A stretch of 64,000 bases of DNA from Octopus vulgaris (GCA_951406725.2 OX597832.1:21886001-21950000); one strand, 5' to 3'; positions 37,145 to 51,188 are shown, counted from the first letter of the stretch. Notes: generated by a model not told the origin, from the letters alone. Numbers and translations: made by a program.

Positions 37145-37845
37145 AGGTGCAGGTATGGCTGTGTGATAAGAAGCTTGCTTCCCAACCACGATTCTGGGTT
37201 CAATCCTACTCTATGGCACCCTGGGCTAGTGTCTTTCACTATAGCATTGGGCTGACCAAAGTCTTGAGTGTGGATTTGGTAGAGGGAAACTGAAAGAAGC
37301 CTGTCATATATATATATATATGTCAGTTCAGCAAAATTTAGATTCAAATGAATATGGTACTTAAGTCAGATGCACCAGAATTTTGTACGGTATTATTCAT
37401 ATAAATCCATGGGGTGATTATAATCAAAGTAAGCAACAAGAATATCTTGGGTAATTTGGTATGATCGTTTCATGCTACATCATTTTACTAAACATTGTAA
37501 GTATTACAACAGTTTTAAAATGTTGAGCAATCTTCAGCCATTCATAGAGGGTTTCCAATAAGTATATGTATTGATGGAAAACCTCTATGAACAGATATAT
37601 ATATTTATATATCTGTGTGTGTGTCTTTGTGTCTGTGCTTGTCCGTCCAACACCACGTGACAACCAGTGCTGGTGTGTTTATGTCCCCATAACTTTGTGG
37701 TTCAGCAAAAGAGACTGACAGAATAAGTACAAGGCTGTAAAAGAAATAAGTCCTGGGGTCGAGTTGTTTGACTAAAAAATAACCCTTCACGGTGCTTCTC
37801 CAGCATGGCCGCAGTCAAATGAATGAAACAAGTAAAAAGAATAAA
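37145..37845 (+). mobile_element. SINE-A with a Penelope-like remnant (37321-37595) inserted in its internal (TA)n
   Basis: SINE halves flank an unrelated ~275-bp segment. Confidence 0.8.
37457..37540 (-). ncRNA. Type-I hammerhead ribozyme motif (one CpG-type change at the cleavage triplet)
   Basis: Minus strand TGG-CTGAAGA-TTGCT...AGCAT-GAAA-CGATCA-TA-CCA. Confidence 0.6.
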
Positions 37846-37869
37846 ATATAAAATAAAGAATATATACTA

Positions 37870-38281
37870 GGCGCAGGAGTGGCTGTGTGGTAAGTAGCTT
37901 GCTTACCAACCACATGGTTCCGGGTTCATTTCCACTGCGTGGCACCTTAGGCAAGTGTCTTCTACTATAGCCTCAGGTAGACCAAAGCCTTGTGAGTGGA
38001 TTTGGTAGACGGAAACTGAAAGAAGCCCGTCGTATACATGTATATATATATGTATGTGTGTGTATATGTTTGTGTGTCTGTGTTTGTCCCCCCAACATCG
38101 TTTGACAGCTGATGCTGGTGTGTTTACGTCCTTGTAACTTAGCGGTTCGGCAAAAGAGACCGGTAGAATAAGTAAGTACAACGCTTACAAAGAATAAGTC
38201 CTGAGGTCGACTTTCTCGACTAAAGGCGGTGCTCCAGCATGGCCGCAGTCAAATGACTGAAACAAGTAAGAGAGTAAAGAG
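37870..38281 (+). mobile_element. SINE family A, near-consensus full-length copy (tRNA-derived CORE-SINE, Octopus OR-type-like)
   Basis: A-box TGGCTGTGTGG, B-box GGTTCATTTCC, CORE-like GGCACCTTAGGCAAGTGTCTT, internal microsatellite, (AAGAGT)-like tail; more than 20 whole or partial copies in window. Confidence 0.9.
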
Positions 38282-38675
38282 TATATATTCTATATCGATT
38301 CTTTTCCTGGTTTCAGCCATTTGGCTGAGGCCATGCTTAAGTACACACACACAAACAGACAGACACACACAGACACGTTTTTATCTCAATACAAGACTTG
38401 CAATTACTCAATTAGCAGTCATTTCTTCTTCGTCCACTGATGCATGTAGCCGACCGAAAAAAAGCTGACTGTATGAAATTGCGGTTTGCCAAATGTAATC
38501 CCTGTTTACCTGGCACTCGCAGACATGTTCCTGTAGACAACGGTACATGGATATTGATATTTCATTACAATGCATAAAATCTAATTTAGAAATGTGTTTG
38601 CAGCCTGGCCAGAAAGAAGAATGGAGAGAGAAACAAAAATAAAAAAAGAGAGTCCCTGCCTGAATTAACCACAAC

Positions 38676-39275
38676 TATATGTGTGTGTGTGGGTGTGTAT
38701 GTGTGTGTGTGAGAGAGAAAGAGAGAGAGTGTTGTGTGAATATGCAGTGTACCCCACAAGAAAAAATTATTTTCAACAAATGTTTTATATTCAAAAACCT
38801 ACCAGACATACGGAACACATGGTATCTGTGCATGCATATGTATGTGTATATGTGTGTGTGTGTATATACATATATATGTATATGATGTGTATATATATAT
38901 GATGTGTATATATATATGATGTGTATATATATATGTGTATTCATATATATATATATATATATGGATATACATATGATGTATATATATATATATATATATA
39001 TTTGTATGTGTATATATATATATATGTATATACACATATATGTATGTGTATGTATATATGCATGTATGTATATGTACTTATATATATATGTATATATACA
39101 TATATATATATATGCATATATACATATATATGTATATATACATATATATACGCATATATGTATATATACATATATGCATATATGTGTATAGGCATATATA
39201 CACGGATATATATATATATACATATATACGCATATATGTATATATACATATATATACACACATATGTGTGTGTGA
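38676..39275. repeat. (TG)/(TA) compound microsatellite
   Basis: Direct inspection. Confidence 0.9.
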
Positions 39276-39794
39276 AAGAGAACATGTTCATATAACTGCA
39301 TGTATTTCCAAACTGAAAATTATTCTCCTGTTCAGTATCTCAAATATATAATAATAACAAAACAAATAAAAAGGAGGAAGAGGAGGAGGAATACGTCGTG
39401 TTGGCGGTGGGAGACTCGAGGAGGTTTGCATTTGTCTCATGGACCGAAATTAAAGGGCTTTAGAGTAAAGTGTTTTGTTCAATACGAGCATTACAACATC
39501 TCCTTAACAACAACAACAACATCAACAGCTGTCGCCGCCGCCACCACCACCATCATCAATAACTGTTTATAGATCTCTCTTCGTCACACAGAAAAATCAC
39601 TACCTCTTTGCATCTCTGCACACACAGACACACACACATGCATGTGCAGACGTTTGCACATGTATACAACATCGACACATCATTGAATACAGCAAAAGTT
39701 CCCTTTTTCTTTTTTTTTTTTTCCAGGTTTTATTTTCATTTCCAATATTGGCAGAAATTTGCATAATCATGTTTTCCCCTTTTCTTGTTTCTGA

Positions 39795-40310
39795 GGGTGA
39801 TGAGAGGGAAAGAGAGAGACAGAGAGGAAGAGAGAGAGAGAGTGAGAGAGAGAGAGAGAGAAAGGGAGAGAGAGACAGAGTGATAAAGAGAGAGAGTGAG
39901 ATATACAGACAGACAGAGCGCTACAGAGAGGGAGAGAGAGAGAGAGAGAGTGATAAGGAGAGTGAGAGAGAGAGAAAGGAAGAGACAGAGTGATAAAGAG
40001 AGGAATAGAGAAAGGGAAAGAGAGAGACAGACAGTGATAAAGAGAGTGAGAAAAAGAGAAAGGGAGAGAGACAGTGATAGAGTGAGAGAGAGCAAAAAAC
40101 AGAGAGAGAGAGAGAGTGAGCGATACAGACAGAGCGCTACAGAGAGCGAGAGAGAGAGAAAGGGAGATGGAGACAGTGATAAAGAGAGAGAGAGAGAACG
40201 AAAATCAGAGAACAAGACAGAGATAGATAGAGCGATAAAGAGAGAGGGAGAGAGAGAGAGAGAAAGGGTGAGACAGACAGACAAAGTGATAAAGAGAAAG
40301 AGGGAGAGTA
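39795..40310. repeat. (GA)n-rich purine tract
   Basis: Direct inspection. Confidence 0.95.
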
Positions 40311-40511
40311 TTTAATTGGTTCCAGCATGGGGAGAGGAAGCTTAGTGTCAGCATTTGCCAATAAAGACAAAACGGTCTATAAAATGCTTATGTGTGTGTA
40401 TATATATGTGTGTATACATACATGCATTGTAAACGTGTGTGTGAATATTATGTAAACGGGACATATTAAAAAAAAAAATAATTTGTTATCCAATGTAATG
40501 GAAATCCATGC

Positions 40512-40945
40512 CATCATCATCATGGTTTAACGTCTGTTTTCCATGCTGGCATGGATTGGATGGTTCGACAGGCGTCTGGGAAGCCAGGAGGCTGCACCAG
40601 GCTCCAATCTTGATCTGGCAGTGTTTCTACAGCTGGATGCCCTTCCTAACGCCAACCACTCCTAGAGTGTAGTGGGTGCTTCTTACGTGCCACAGGGGGC
40701 TGGCAATGACCACAATCAGTTGGTGCTTTTTACGTGCCACCAGTACGGAAACCAGCATTGGCCACGTTCGGATGGTGCTTTTTACGCGCCACTGGCCTAG
40801 GGATCACAACTACAATTTCCATTTGATTTTGATGTACTTGCCTCAATAGGTCTCCGCAAGCACAGCATGTCACCCTATGATCCAAGGTACTTTTGAGTGG
40901 GCTGGTAAGGCGACACTGGTTACAGCTGTGAACTTACAGCTGTAG
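40512..40945 (-). mobile_element. RTE 3' UTR (family C), long copy
   Basis: Reverse complement of 32990-33385. Confidence 0.8.
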
Positions 40946-41186
40946 GTTACAAACTTTAAAAAAAAACCTCCAAAAACTGAATCACAGAGTTAATGTAAGG
41001 GTCTCTATGTTGTAGCTTGACCTGCTAGAAACTGCAGTCACAAACATGGTCATTGTTTTAATGTCCACTTTTAATCTTGGGGTTGGATTAATTTCGCTTC
41101 TTTTTTTATCTTTTATTATTTTGAAACTCAAAGAATGAAAAAGCAGAGTTTGATTTCTATTAATCTAGTGAAAAGAAGATTAATAT

Positions 41187-41590
41187 TGGCTGTGTGGTGA
41201 GTAGCTTGCTTACCAACCACAAGGTTCTGGGTTCATTCTCACGGTGTGGCACCATGGGCATGTGTCTTCCACTATAGCCTTCGGCCGACCAAAACCTTGT
41301 GAGTAGATTTGGTAGACGGAAACTGAAGGAAGCCCATCATATATATGTACATATATGTGTATGTGTGTGTATATGTTTGTGTGTCTGTGTTTGTCCACCT
41401 CCCCACTATCGCTTGACAACTGATGGTGGTGTGTCTAAGTCCCCGTAACTTAGCAGTTCGGCAAAAGGGAACGATAGAATAAGTACTAGGCTTACAAAGA
41501 ATAAGTGCTGGGGTCGATTTGCTCGACTAAAGGCGGTGCTCCAGCACGGCCGCAGTCAAATGACTGAAACAAGTAAAAGGGTAAAAGAGC
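41187..41590 (+). mobile_element. SINE family A, near full length
   Basis: Homology to 37870-38281. Confidence 0.9.
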
Positions 41591-41819
41591 AAAGAGATGA
41601 TAGTGATAAAATGGTAGACCGTATCCAGCTGATTCCAAGCTCTCCATCAAATATGGAAGCTGGTACCATCACCATTGTATTAACATAATGGATGTTTTAA
41701 TTTGTCTGTCAGAAGAATTTCAAACAGGAAATTTCTTGCATGTCTACCTAACGTGTAAAACTTTGCAATTCCCATTAGGAATTGAAATATGGTGAATGCA
41801 GAAATATTTCCAATTTCCT

Positions 41820-42630
41820 GTTTCTGCCACCAGCACCTGAGCAGGTGGCACGTAAACAGCACCCATTACACTTAAGGAGTGGTTGGTGTTATAAAGGGTG
41901 ACCAGGTATAGAAAGCATGCCAAATCAGATTGGAACCTGTTGCAGCACCCCCACCCCAGCTTACCAGTTCCAGTGGATCCGTCCAACCCATGCCAGCATG
42001 GAAAGCAGACACTAAATGAGGATTACAATATTGCAGGAGTGGCTGTGTGGTAAGTAGCTTGCTTAGCAACCACATGGTTCCGGGTTCAATCCCACTGCAT
42101 GGCACCTTGGGCAAGTGTCTTCTACTATAGCCTCGGGCCGACCAAAGCCTTGTGAATGGATTTGGTAGACGGAAACTGAAAGAAGCACATCATATATTTA
42201 TATGCTTTGGTGAAAGAACATTTTGGGCAAATCGTTAGCACACTGGGCAAAATACTTAGTAACATTTCGTCTATCTTTACATTCTGAGTTCAAATCCTGC
42301 TGAGGTTGACTTTACCTTTTTGGGGTCAAAATAAGTACCACTGGGGTCAATGTAATCGACTTACCCCCTCCCCCCAAATCTCAGGCTTAGTGCCTAAAGT
42401 AGAAAGGATTATTTATCATTATAATTATTATTATTATTATTATTATTATTAAGGTGTCAAGCTGGCATATAGTCTGTCTTTATGTCCCGGGTCCAAATAC
42501 CATTAAGGTTGACTTTCATGCTTTCGGGGTCGCTGAAATAAGTACCAGTTCAGCATTGGGGTCAAAGCATTTGAGTACACCCGCTCTCCATAAAATTTCA
42601 GGCCTTGTGCCTATATTAGAAGGAATTATA
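41820..42630 (+). mobile_element. Cluster: family C tail, SINE-A 5' half, two SINE-B remnants
   Basis: Homology to other copies in window. Confidence 0.75.
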
Positions 42631-42799
42631 CTTCTCCATGCTGATTCTGCCTGAGAATTACTTTTGGAATAGAATACATGTGTCTGTGGAATACTCAACC
42701 ATTTCCAGTTTTAATTCAAAGAGAGAGAGAGTATTTCAGTTGACCGAAACACTGTAACTGACCGTCCATTCATTGTGGAAACTGACGGAGAGCCATAAC

Positions 42800-43355
42800 T
42801 TCATCATCGATGTTGCCATCATCACCATGATTAACATTGCCATCAACACCACTGTTGATATCATCATCATCATCACCACGATCATCATCATCACGATCAT
42901 TATCACCACCACGATCATCATCATCATCACAATCACCATGATCATCATCATCACCATGATGATCATCATCATCATCATCACCACCACCACTATCATCATC
43001 ACCACCATCACCATCACCATCACCACCACCATCACCATCATCACCACGATCAACATCATAATCACGATCACCATCATCATCATCATCATCACGATCATCA
43101 TCATCATCACCACCATGATGATGATGATCATCATCACCACGATCATCATCATCATCATCACCATGATCATCATCATCATCATCATCATCATCACCACCAC
43201 CACGATCATCACCACCACCATCACCATCATCACCACGATCATCATCATAATCACGATCACCATCACCACGATCCTCCTCCTCATTTACTGTTGCCAGCAC
43301 CAGCTCCAGCCAAACCTCAACCACCACGACGACGACGACCACCACCACCACCAAT
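42800..43355. repeat. (CAT/CAC/GAT)n trinucleotide tract
   Basis: Direct inspection. Confidence 0.95.
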
Positions 43356-44059
43356 CTCCTGGTTGCTGCCCACTTCCTTTCCTGACGTAATTGAGACCAG
43401 CTCTCTCTGCAAGTCTTGGATCTTATATACTTATGTTTAGTCTCTATTGAATTGGTAACACAAGAACCCATAAATTACACGAGACACAACAAAAGCAATT
43501 GCACCGCAATCTCTTTGTATGATGTCTATATACAATACATACATACATACATGCAATGCATACATACGTAACATCATGAAGAGTCCAAGAATTTTGGTGA
43601 TGATGATTTGTTGGAGTCAAATTTTTATCGTTCCCAACAGACAATTTAAACGGTTAACGAAATTTTGCTAAAACTGTTTTATTTATTTCAGTTTATTTTA
43701 TTTTGTTTTATTTAGTTTTATTTTTTTTTTATTTTTGTCTTTTTCGTCGATTGGCTGTTACTTCCTGAAGAGTTTACTGGAGAAGGTCATTAAGTTGTCA
43801 GTTGGAAACAATAACTGCTTCGAGACTTAATCAGTTGGAAGACGATGATAACAACGATGAAGGTGGAACACGATGAAGCTGGGTGGCTGGGATGTAGAGG
43901 TGAAGGGAAAGAAAGAGGCGATGAGGGCGAGAAGCATGGAATGGAAACGAATAAAAGAAGATCAGCTTTTTGCATTGGTAAGTGAAGATGGTGAGGCAAT
44001 TCTTGAAAGTAATGACCAATGAAGGAAAGCAGTAACAATATATATATATATATATATGT

Positions 44060-44358
44060 GGGAGGCGCAATGGTCCAGTGGTTAGGGCAGTGGAATCATG
44101 GTCGGAGGATCGCGGTTTCGATTCCCAGACCGGGCGTGGCATGTGTTTATTGAGCAAAAACACCTAAAAGCTCCACCAGGGTGGTGGTGGTGACCCCTGT
44201 TGTACTCTTTTGCCCCAACTTTCTCTCACTCTTTATTCCTGTTTCTTGAGTAACGCTGCAATGGACTGACATCCCTTCAAGCCGGGGGGAACACATACGC
44301 CACAGAAATCGGGAAACCGGGCCCATGAGCCTGGCTAGGCTTGAAGAGGGCAACGTTA
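44060..44358 (+). mobile_element. SINE family F
   Basis: A-box TGGTCCAGTGG, B-box GTTTCGATTCC; 3' part shared with 16100-16352. Confidence 0.75.
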
Positions 44359-44504
44359 TATATATATATATATATTGTTATATGTTTTATCTTATATTTA
44401 ATCTTTCTATATGTAATTTTTCTAAATTATTAAATTGATAAAAGGTGTTTTTTTCTAATTTCGGACTAAAACATTTTTAAGGATTTAAGGATATATATAT
44501 ATAT

Positions 44505-44720
44505 ATAGTGAATCCAAACAAAGAAGAACAAACAAGAAAAACAACAAAGTGCCATTGTGCAATCAACCAAGAACAATGCAATCAACCAAGAACCACGGTG
44601 TGGCTGTGAAACAGACTTCTTCACCACGGGTCATATCTACAGTGGGTTTGTGTTCCATGGACAGCATACAACTTTTCCTATCCATAAGGGATTCTCAACA
44701 TGCTATTATATATACAACTT
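44505..44720 (+). mobile_element. Possible Penelope-like relic: inverted terminal piece joined to a pre-GIY-YIG-like fragment
   Basis: 44505-44548 is the reverse complement of the 3' end of 47093-47218; followed by PRCGC...TFPIHKGFSTCYYIY. Confidence 0.35.
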
Positions 44721-45283
44721 TACACGTGCTTCAAGATCTACAGTTCCGAAAAAGAATTATCTCACATTCTCTCGAAAGTCAATAAAACTTCTTATGTCAA
44801 CAACACATACATACATACATACAAATATATATATACATACACACACATATATAAACACAAAAGTAGGCATGGCTATATCGATCGGTTTGTCTCGGCTGTT
44901 AATCTATTTATCTGTCTGTCTGTGCATGTATATATTCATTTATCTGACCAGCTCATTATCTAATCATTGATTTGGAGAAAGGGACAAAAAAACAAATTAC
45001 GCAACAGAAAGAAACAACCAGCTTTGCAATCAAGACGAAGAGGGGGAGGGCGGGGGGATGGGGAGAAGGGAGAGACGTAAAACAAGACTGTGAGAAAGGA
45101 AATAAAGAGTCAGAAGGGCAAAAGGAAAGAAGAAGAGAGGAACACAAAGACTGACCCCCCCCTCTCTCACATTATATATATATATATCAAGAGAGAATAA
45201 AAACAAGCGTAAAAAAATGAGAGGCAGACAGATTGCTACATGGAGATGTATACATCATTTACACACACATATATATAAGATGT

Positions 45284-45324
<41 letters not shown>

Positions 45325-45329
<5 letters not shown>

Positions 45330-45565
45330 TAACGTCCCATTTCCAACCTAGCATGGGTTGGACGGTTCGACCAGGGTCTGTGAAGCCAGGAGGCTGCACC
45401 AGGCTCCAATCTGATCTGGTAGTGTTTCTACAGCTGGATGCCCTTCCTAACGCCAACCACTCCGTGAGTGTGGCGGATGCTTTTTATGTGCCACCGGCAC
45501 AGGGGCCAGAGGAGGCTGGGAAAGTCAACAATTGGATGGTGCTTTTTACATGCCACCGGCACGGA
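45325..45565 (-). mobile_element. RTE 3' UTR (family C)
   Basis: Homology to 24653-24885. Confidence 0.8.
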
Positions 45566-45667
45566 CATATATATATATATATATATATTTATCCTCAAAC
45601 CACACACATATATATCAATATCATTGTTTAACATCCACCTTCCATGCTGGTATGGGTGGGACTGTAT

Positions 45668-45722
<55 letters not shown>

Positions 45723-45816
45723 GAGAGAGAGAGAGAGAGAAAGGGAGAGAGGAGGTGGAAATAAAGTGGAAAAATAAAAAAGCAGAGACACTATATACAT
45801 AACTATATATATATAA

Positions 45817-45855
<39 letters not shown>

Positions 45856-45878
45856 TAAATATGCATATATATACATAC

Positions 45879-45909
<31 letters not shown>

Positions 45910-46731
45910 CAGGGAAAGAGAGAAAGAGGGGGAGGGAGGGAAAGAGAGAGAGAAGGGGAGGGAGAGAAAGAGAGAGATCAATGCTATGCAGCCATTAAGT
46001 TGGGATGTTCAATTGAAGTTGTTTCGGTTAATACGAAACCATTCCATTCGTTTCGTTCCATGATTCTGCAAGCGATTTGCTTGCCTGTTTGCAGATAATG
46101 TCTTTGTGAACAGGTACCATTGCCAGCCCCGTGGGGGCACTTTGGGGTTGCTTTGTCATAGCCTCTGCCCCCACCATTTATCAAAATCTTTAGGGATGGT
46201 TACTCTTTTGAACCTGGTTTTGAACAATATCACCACCACCACCACTGCCATCATCATCACCACCACCACCACCACCACCATACCATCACCACCACCACCA
46301 CCACCACTACCATCACTACCACCACCACCACTACCATCATCACCACTGTCAGCTACATCATCGTCATCATAGTAGTAGTGGTGGTAGTAGCAGGAATAAA
46401 AATAGTAGTAGCAATAATAGTAGTAGTAGTAGTGGTGGTGATGGTGTCATCTCAACCTTTAAGAAGCAAAACCTACTAGCGCTTCTATACTAAAGAAGGT
46501 GGATTTATTTTCATGACACACAGACAGACACTAAAAGCCTTATACAAAACTGCATGAACACACACACACACACACAAACATCATCATCATCATCCCTTCA
46601 TTGTTTTAACATCACATTTTCTGTGCTCGCATAAGGTGAGACAAAATTCTTTGAAGCAGATTTTTCCAAATGCCGGTTGATCTTCTCCCCGATCTTGACC
46701 AGTTTCTAAGCTGAGCAACATGGCATTTACC

Positions 46732-46818
46732 CTTTACATGTGCTTTGAGATCTACAGTTCTGAAAAAGAATTATCTCACATTCTCTCGAAAGTCAATAAA
46801 ACTTCTTATGTCAACAAC

Positions 46819-46849
<31 letters not shown>

Positions 46850-46931
46850 TACACACACACTCACATACATACGAATATATATACATACACACACATATAT
46901 AAACACAAAAGTAGGCATGGCTATATTGATC
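46732..46931 (+). repeat. Dispersed direct duplicate of 44718-44883
   Basis: Shared AGATCTACAGTT...TCAACAACACATAC...AAGTAGGCATGGCTATAT. Confidence 0.9.
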
Positions 46932-47092
46932 AGATATTTTCTTCCCCATGGACAACTGAAAAACAGATGAAACCCATACAAACAAATGTGCCAGTGTCCT
47001 TATAAAGAGTGGAAAACTGGGAAAACTGATCCAGAAAAATCTGTTCAACCCATGCCAGCATGGTAAAGCGGATAGTTAATGGATGATGATAT

Positions 47093-47218
47093 AGCTCCGC
47101 TCGAAACGTTAAATCCTCCTTCTTTCTTTCCTTTCCTGAGTGTCCAATAACACTATACTTGTTCCACGTCCTCGCGTTGTTGTTTTCTCTTTGTGTTTTC
47201 ATGTTTGGATTAACTATA
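47093..47218 (+). mobile_element. Penelope-like terminal repeat remnant (hammerhead 5' core lost)
   Basis: AGCTCCGCTCGAAACGTTAAA; homologous to 21380-21495. Confidence 0.55.
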
Positions 47219-47234
47219 TACATATATATATATA

Positions 47235-47447
47235 TCATCATCATCATCATCATCATCATCATTGTTTAACGTCTCCTTTCCATGCTAGCATGGGTTGGAC
47301 GATTTGACTGAGGTCTGGTGAACCAGATGGCTGCACCAGACTCCAATCTGATCTGGCAGAGTTTCTACAGTTGGATGCCCTTCCTAACGCCAACCACTCT
47401 GAGAGTGTAGTGGGTGTTTTTATGTGTCACTGGCACAAGGGCCAGTC

Positions 47448-47450
<3 letters not shown>
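47235..47450 (-). mobile_element. RTE 3' UTR (family C)
   Basis: Near identical to 34960-35160. Confidence 0.8.
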
Positions 47451-47490
<40 letters not shown>

Positions 47491-47640
47491 GAAGTATATT
47501 TGCCACCTAAATGTGGCTAACTCTTAAGGGTTGATGCTACTGTAGCTTGTAGCCCCAGGAAGACATCTCCTCCAGCTGGTTATTGATACACTCACTATCT
47601 GTGCCCTATCAGTATTTGCAAAGGGAAGTCATCTTTCCCC

Positions 47641-47955
<315 letters not shown>

Positions 47956-48527
47956 TTTTTCAATTCTTTTATTCTGTTATTTGTTTCATTCATTTGACTG
48001 CAGCCATGCTGGAACACCGCCTTTGGTCGAGCAAATCGACCCCAGGACTCATTTTTTTGTAAGCCTAGTACTCATTCTATCATTCCCGTTGGCCAAACTG
48101 CTAAGTAACAGGGACCAACATCAGTTGTCAAACGATGGTGGGTGGGGACAAACACATTACGAATACGTATGTGTGTGTGTGCGCTTGGCTAAGTTGTACT
48201 CAAGATCACAAGGTTGTGTTTCTGATTCCAGCACTGAGCCGTGTATTGTATTCTTGAGCAAGACACTTAATTTCCCGTTACCCTGTGATTGCATCAATGT
48301 TTTGAGGCATGTGGCACACTATGGACTAAATGCGTAGTGACATTTCCTCCAGCTCTTTACGTTCTGAGTTCAAATTCCACCTAGGTCAACTTCACTTTCA
48401 TATTTTTGTGGTCAATTAAAATAAACACCAGCTGAGCACTTGGGGGTGGGAGTGGGGGGATGTAATTACCTAGTCACCCCATCTCCCCCCCAAAAAAATT
48501 TCAAGCCTTGTACTTCTAGTAGAAAGG

Positions 48528-48569
<42 letters not shown>

Positions 48570-49610
48570 GAAAGTTCAACCAAAGCTAGTTCATCAAGTA
48601 CTTTTTTTTTTAAATATTAAATTGTTGTTTATGAAACCCTCAAAAGTAAGTTTGACAGAAAACCAATTAAATAACAAGGGAATTTAATTAAGAAAAAGAG
48701 AGAAAGAGAATGAACGAGAGAAAGAAGGGGTAAGAAAGAAAGCGAGAGAGAGAGAGAGAGAAAGAGAGAACACACAAGTAAAATTAAATTATCAGAAGAA
48801 ATTTGATTACGAAAGCTAATGATATTAAAACAACTTTTTTTTAATTTTATTTTTTAAAATTTTCTCTTTTGAAAACTTGAGACTATTTACACATAATTGT
48901 TACGAAAGGTTAGAATACTGCAATTGACAAATAGTTTTGTAGTAAACTCGAAGCAAACAGTGAGAGTGGAAAAAAAAAGAAAAGAAAAAAAACTGAAAAA
49001 AAAAACCCCAAAACAAATAGGGCACAAAAGCCAAACATAGGAATTATGATTGAAATCCACACGGAATGAATTAAGAATCAGAGAGAAATAAAAGATGCTA
49101 TTTAAAATTAAATATTTTAATTAAAGAAACAAAAAGGAAATTTTTTTTTTATTAAAAGAAAGCCTCGTTATTTCAACTGCTTTGTTTTTCTTTGTTATTT
49201 GTAGAAATTAACACAGATTGACTTGATTTTTTTTTAATGTTTCTTTTTTTGCTAATTACACAAATACTACTACACATGCCCACGCACACACGTACAGATG
49301 CTCATACATTCACACGTGTACATATTCAAGTATGGCTGCAGTTACAGAGTTTGTTTTTCAACAAGATGGATTTTGGTTCAGTCCCACTGTGTGGAACCTT
49401 GGGTTCCAAAGCCTCGTTAGTGAATTCAGTAAATGGAAACTGAAAGAAGCCCATTATATATATATATATATATATATGTATCATCATCATCGTTTAACGT
49501 CTGCTTTCCATGGGTTGGACGATTTGCCTGAAGACTGGCGAACCAGATGGCTGCATCACGCTCCAATCTGATCTGGCAGAGTTTCTACAGCTGGATGCCC
49601 TTCCTAACAC

Positions 49611-49651
<41 letters not shown>

Positions 49652-49666
49652 GAAGATCTAATAGAG

Positions 49667-50152
49667 ATAGAACATGATGAGTAATGGTCAATTTGTCAGA
49701 AAAAGCAAATGAAAATCATGACATGAGGTTTAAAAGACTCTTAAGAGAATTGAAAAATCCAGCAGAAGAAGATTTGATTTGGTTTTTCTCAAACAAGGAA
49801 AACTTCAACCAAGATCAAAAAGTTAACAGAAGAAACGATAGACTGTTATACGCAGACCTTTCTGAAGTTCCAAGTGTTATGCATACAAAATTTCCTGCAA
49901 CTGTCATGGTTTTAGGGGTTGTCAGCAATGAAGGACATATGATGCCTTCTTACCTCTTTTCACAAGGCCTTAGAGTTAACTCTGCCGCTTACATTGAGGT
50001 CCTGGAAATAATTGTCAAGCTCTGGATAGACAATGTATGCAATGGAAGGCCATAATTGTTTCAGTAAGACCCTGCACTATCACACATGGCTCTAGTAACA
50101 CAGAAATGGATGGCTGAAAAGTTTCATGTTCACATAAACCCTAACATGTGGT
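49667..50152 (+). pseudogene. Tc1/mariner-superfamily DD37D (maT)-like transposase relic
   Basis: WFFSNKENFNQDQKVNRRNDR...TKFPATVMVLGVVSNEG...GLRVNSAAYIEVL...GRP*LFQ*DPALSH...TQKWMAEKF...PNMW; catalytic SDE motif altered, stops present, truncated before SPDLNP. Confidence 0.85.
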
Positions 50153-51153
50153 TAGAAAGGAAGCTTCTTGCCACACAGCCATGTATATATATATATATGT
50201 GTGTTTGTGTATGTGTGGCACGTAAAAGCATCCTGGTGTCATGCAAATGGCAAACGTGCCTGTGGTATGTAAAATCCTCTGTTACACTCATGGAGTGGTT
50301 GGCATTAGGAAAGGCATCCAGCTGCAGAAAACCATGCCAAGTCAGACTGGAGTCTGGTGCAGCATTCCAGCATGCTGGCCCAGTCAAATGGGTCAAACCA
50401 GGCCAGCATGGACAATGGGCATTAAATGATAATACACACACACACACATGTAGACTTCTACACAGTTCTTCCGTTTACCGATTCCACACACAAGGATTTC
50501 GCCGGCCAGAGGCTATAACCGAAGCAATCACCTTAACCCGTAACCATGGCTGTGCTTATTTACTTAGCCCCTCTACTAGTTAACATTAAGCCTTCCCAAT
50601 TAAGGACACCGATTGGTCATTTTAGGATTTTATCGGTGACCAGCAATATTTAATAGATCCACATGTTTACCACATGTCTAAAGAAAAGTTCTGCCTTTGT
50701 TTCCATTCGTAAACTTATAGGTTAATAATCACTCAAATAATTCGGTTGGTTCTGTTATGCAATAACAAAAAAAAAAAAGGTATCAGGGGATAGGAAGGTA
50801 ACGGGAAAGTGTGGGGTAAGTCCAGGGTACATTTGATGTAGCCCTCTTTGTTTTTCTTTTTAACCTACATTTTTTTTCTTATCTTTTATTAATTTTGTTT
50901 GTTTTTTTTTTTGCTTTTTTTTTTATCGTTTCCTTATTTCCTTTCTCGCCCTTTGGTGTTTCAGTGTGTTTACGTTCTCGTATGCACTTAATGTATTCAG
51001 ATGTGGATTCTGAACAATCCCGGCTAATTAATGTACATCAGACCAAGCCTTAACATATAGATATTTGGGTTTGTGAGCATACACATATATATATATATCA
51101 TCATCATCATCGTTTAACGTCCGTTTTCCATGCTAGCATATATATATATACAC

Positions 51154-51188
<35 letters not shown>

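Noticed and set aside
37870-37945. tRNA genes at A-box/B-box motifs
   Set aside because: These are SINE heads continuing into repeat bodies; no complete cloverleaf
46030-46066. Minus-strand GTKRMEWFRI resembling NUDT3 GRKREWFKI
   Set aside because: Lies upstream of the 85-nt exon (wrong order), wrong phase, and stops after a few codons
49684-50055. Active transposase gene
   Set aside because: Catalytic motif mutated, in-frame stops, both ends truncated, no TIRs seen
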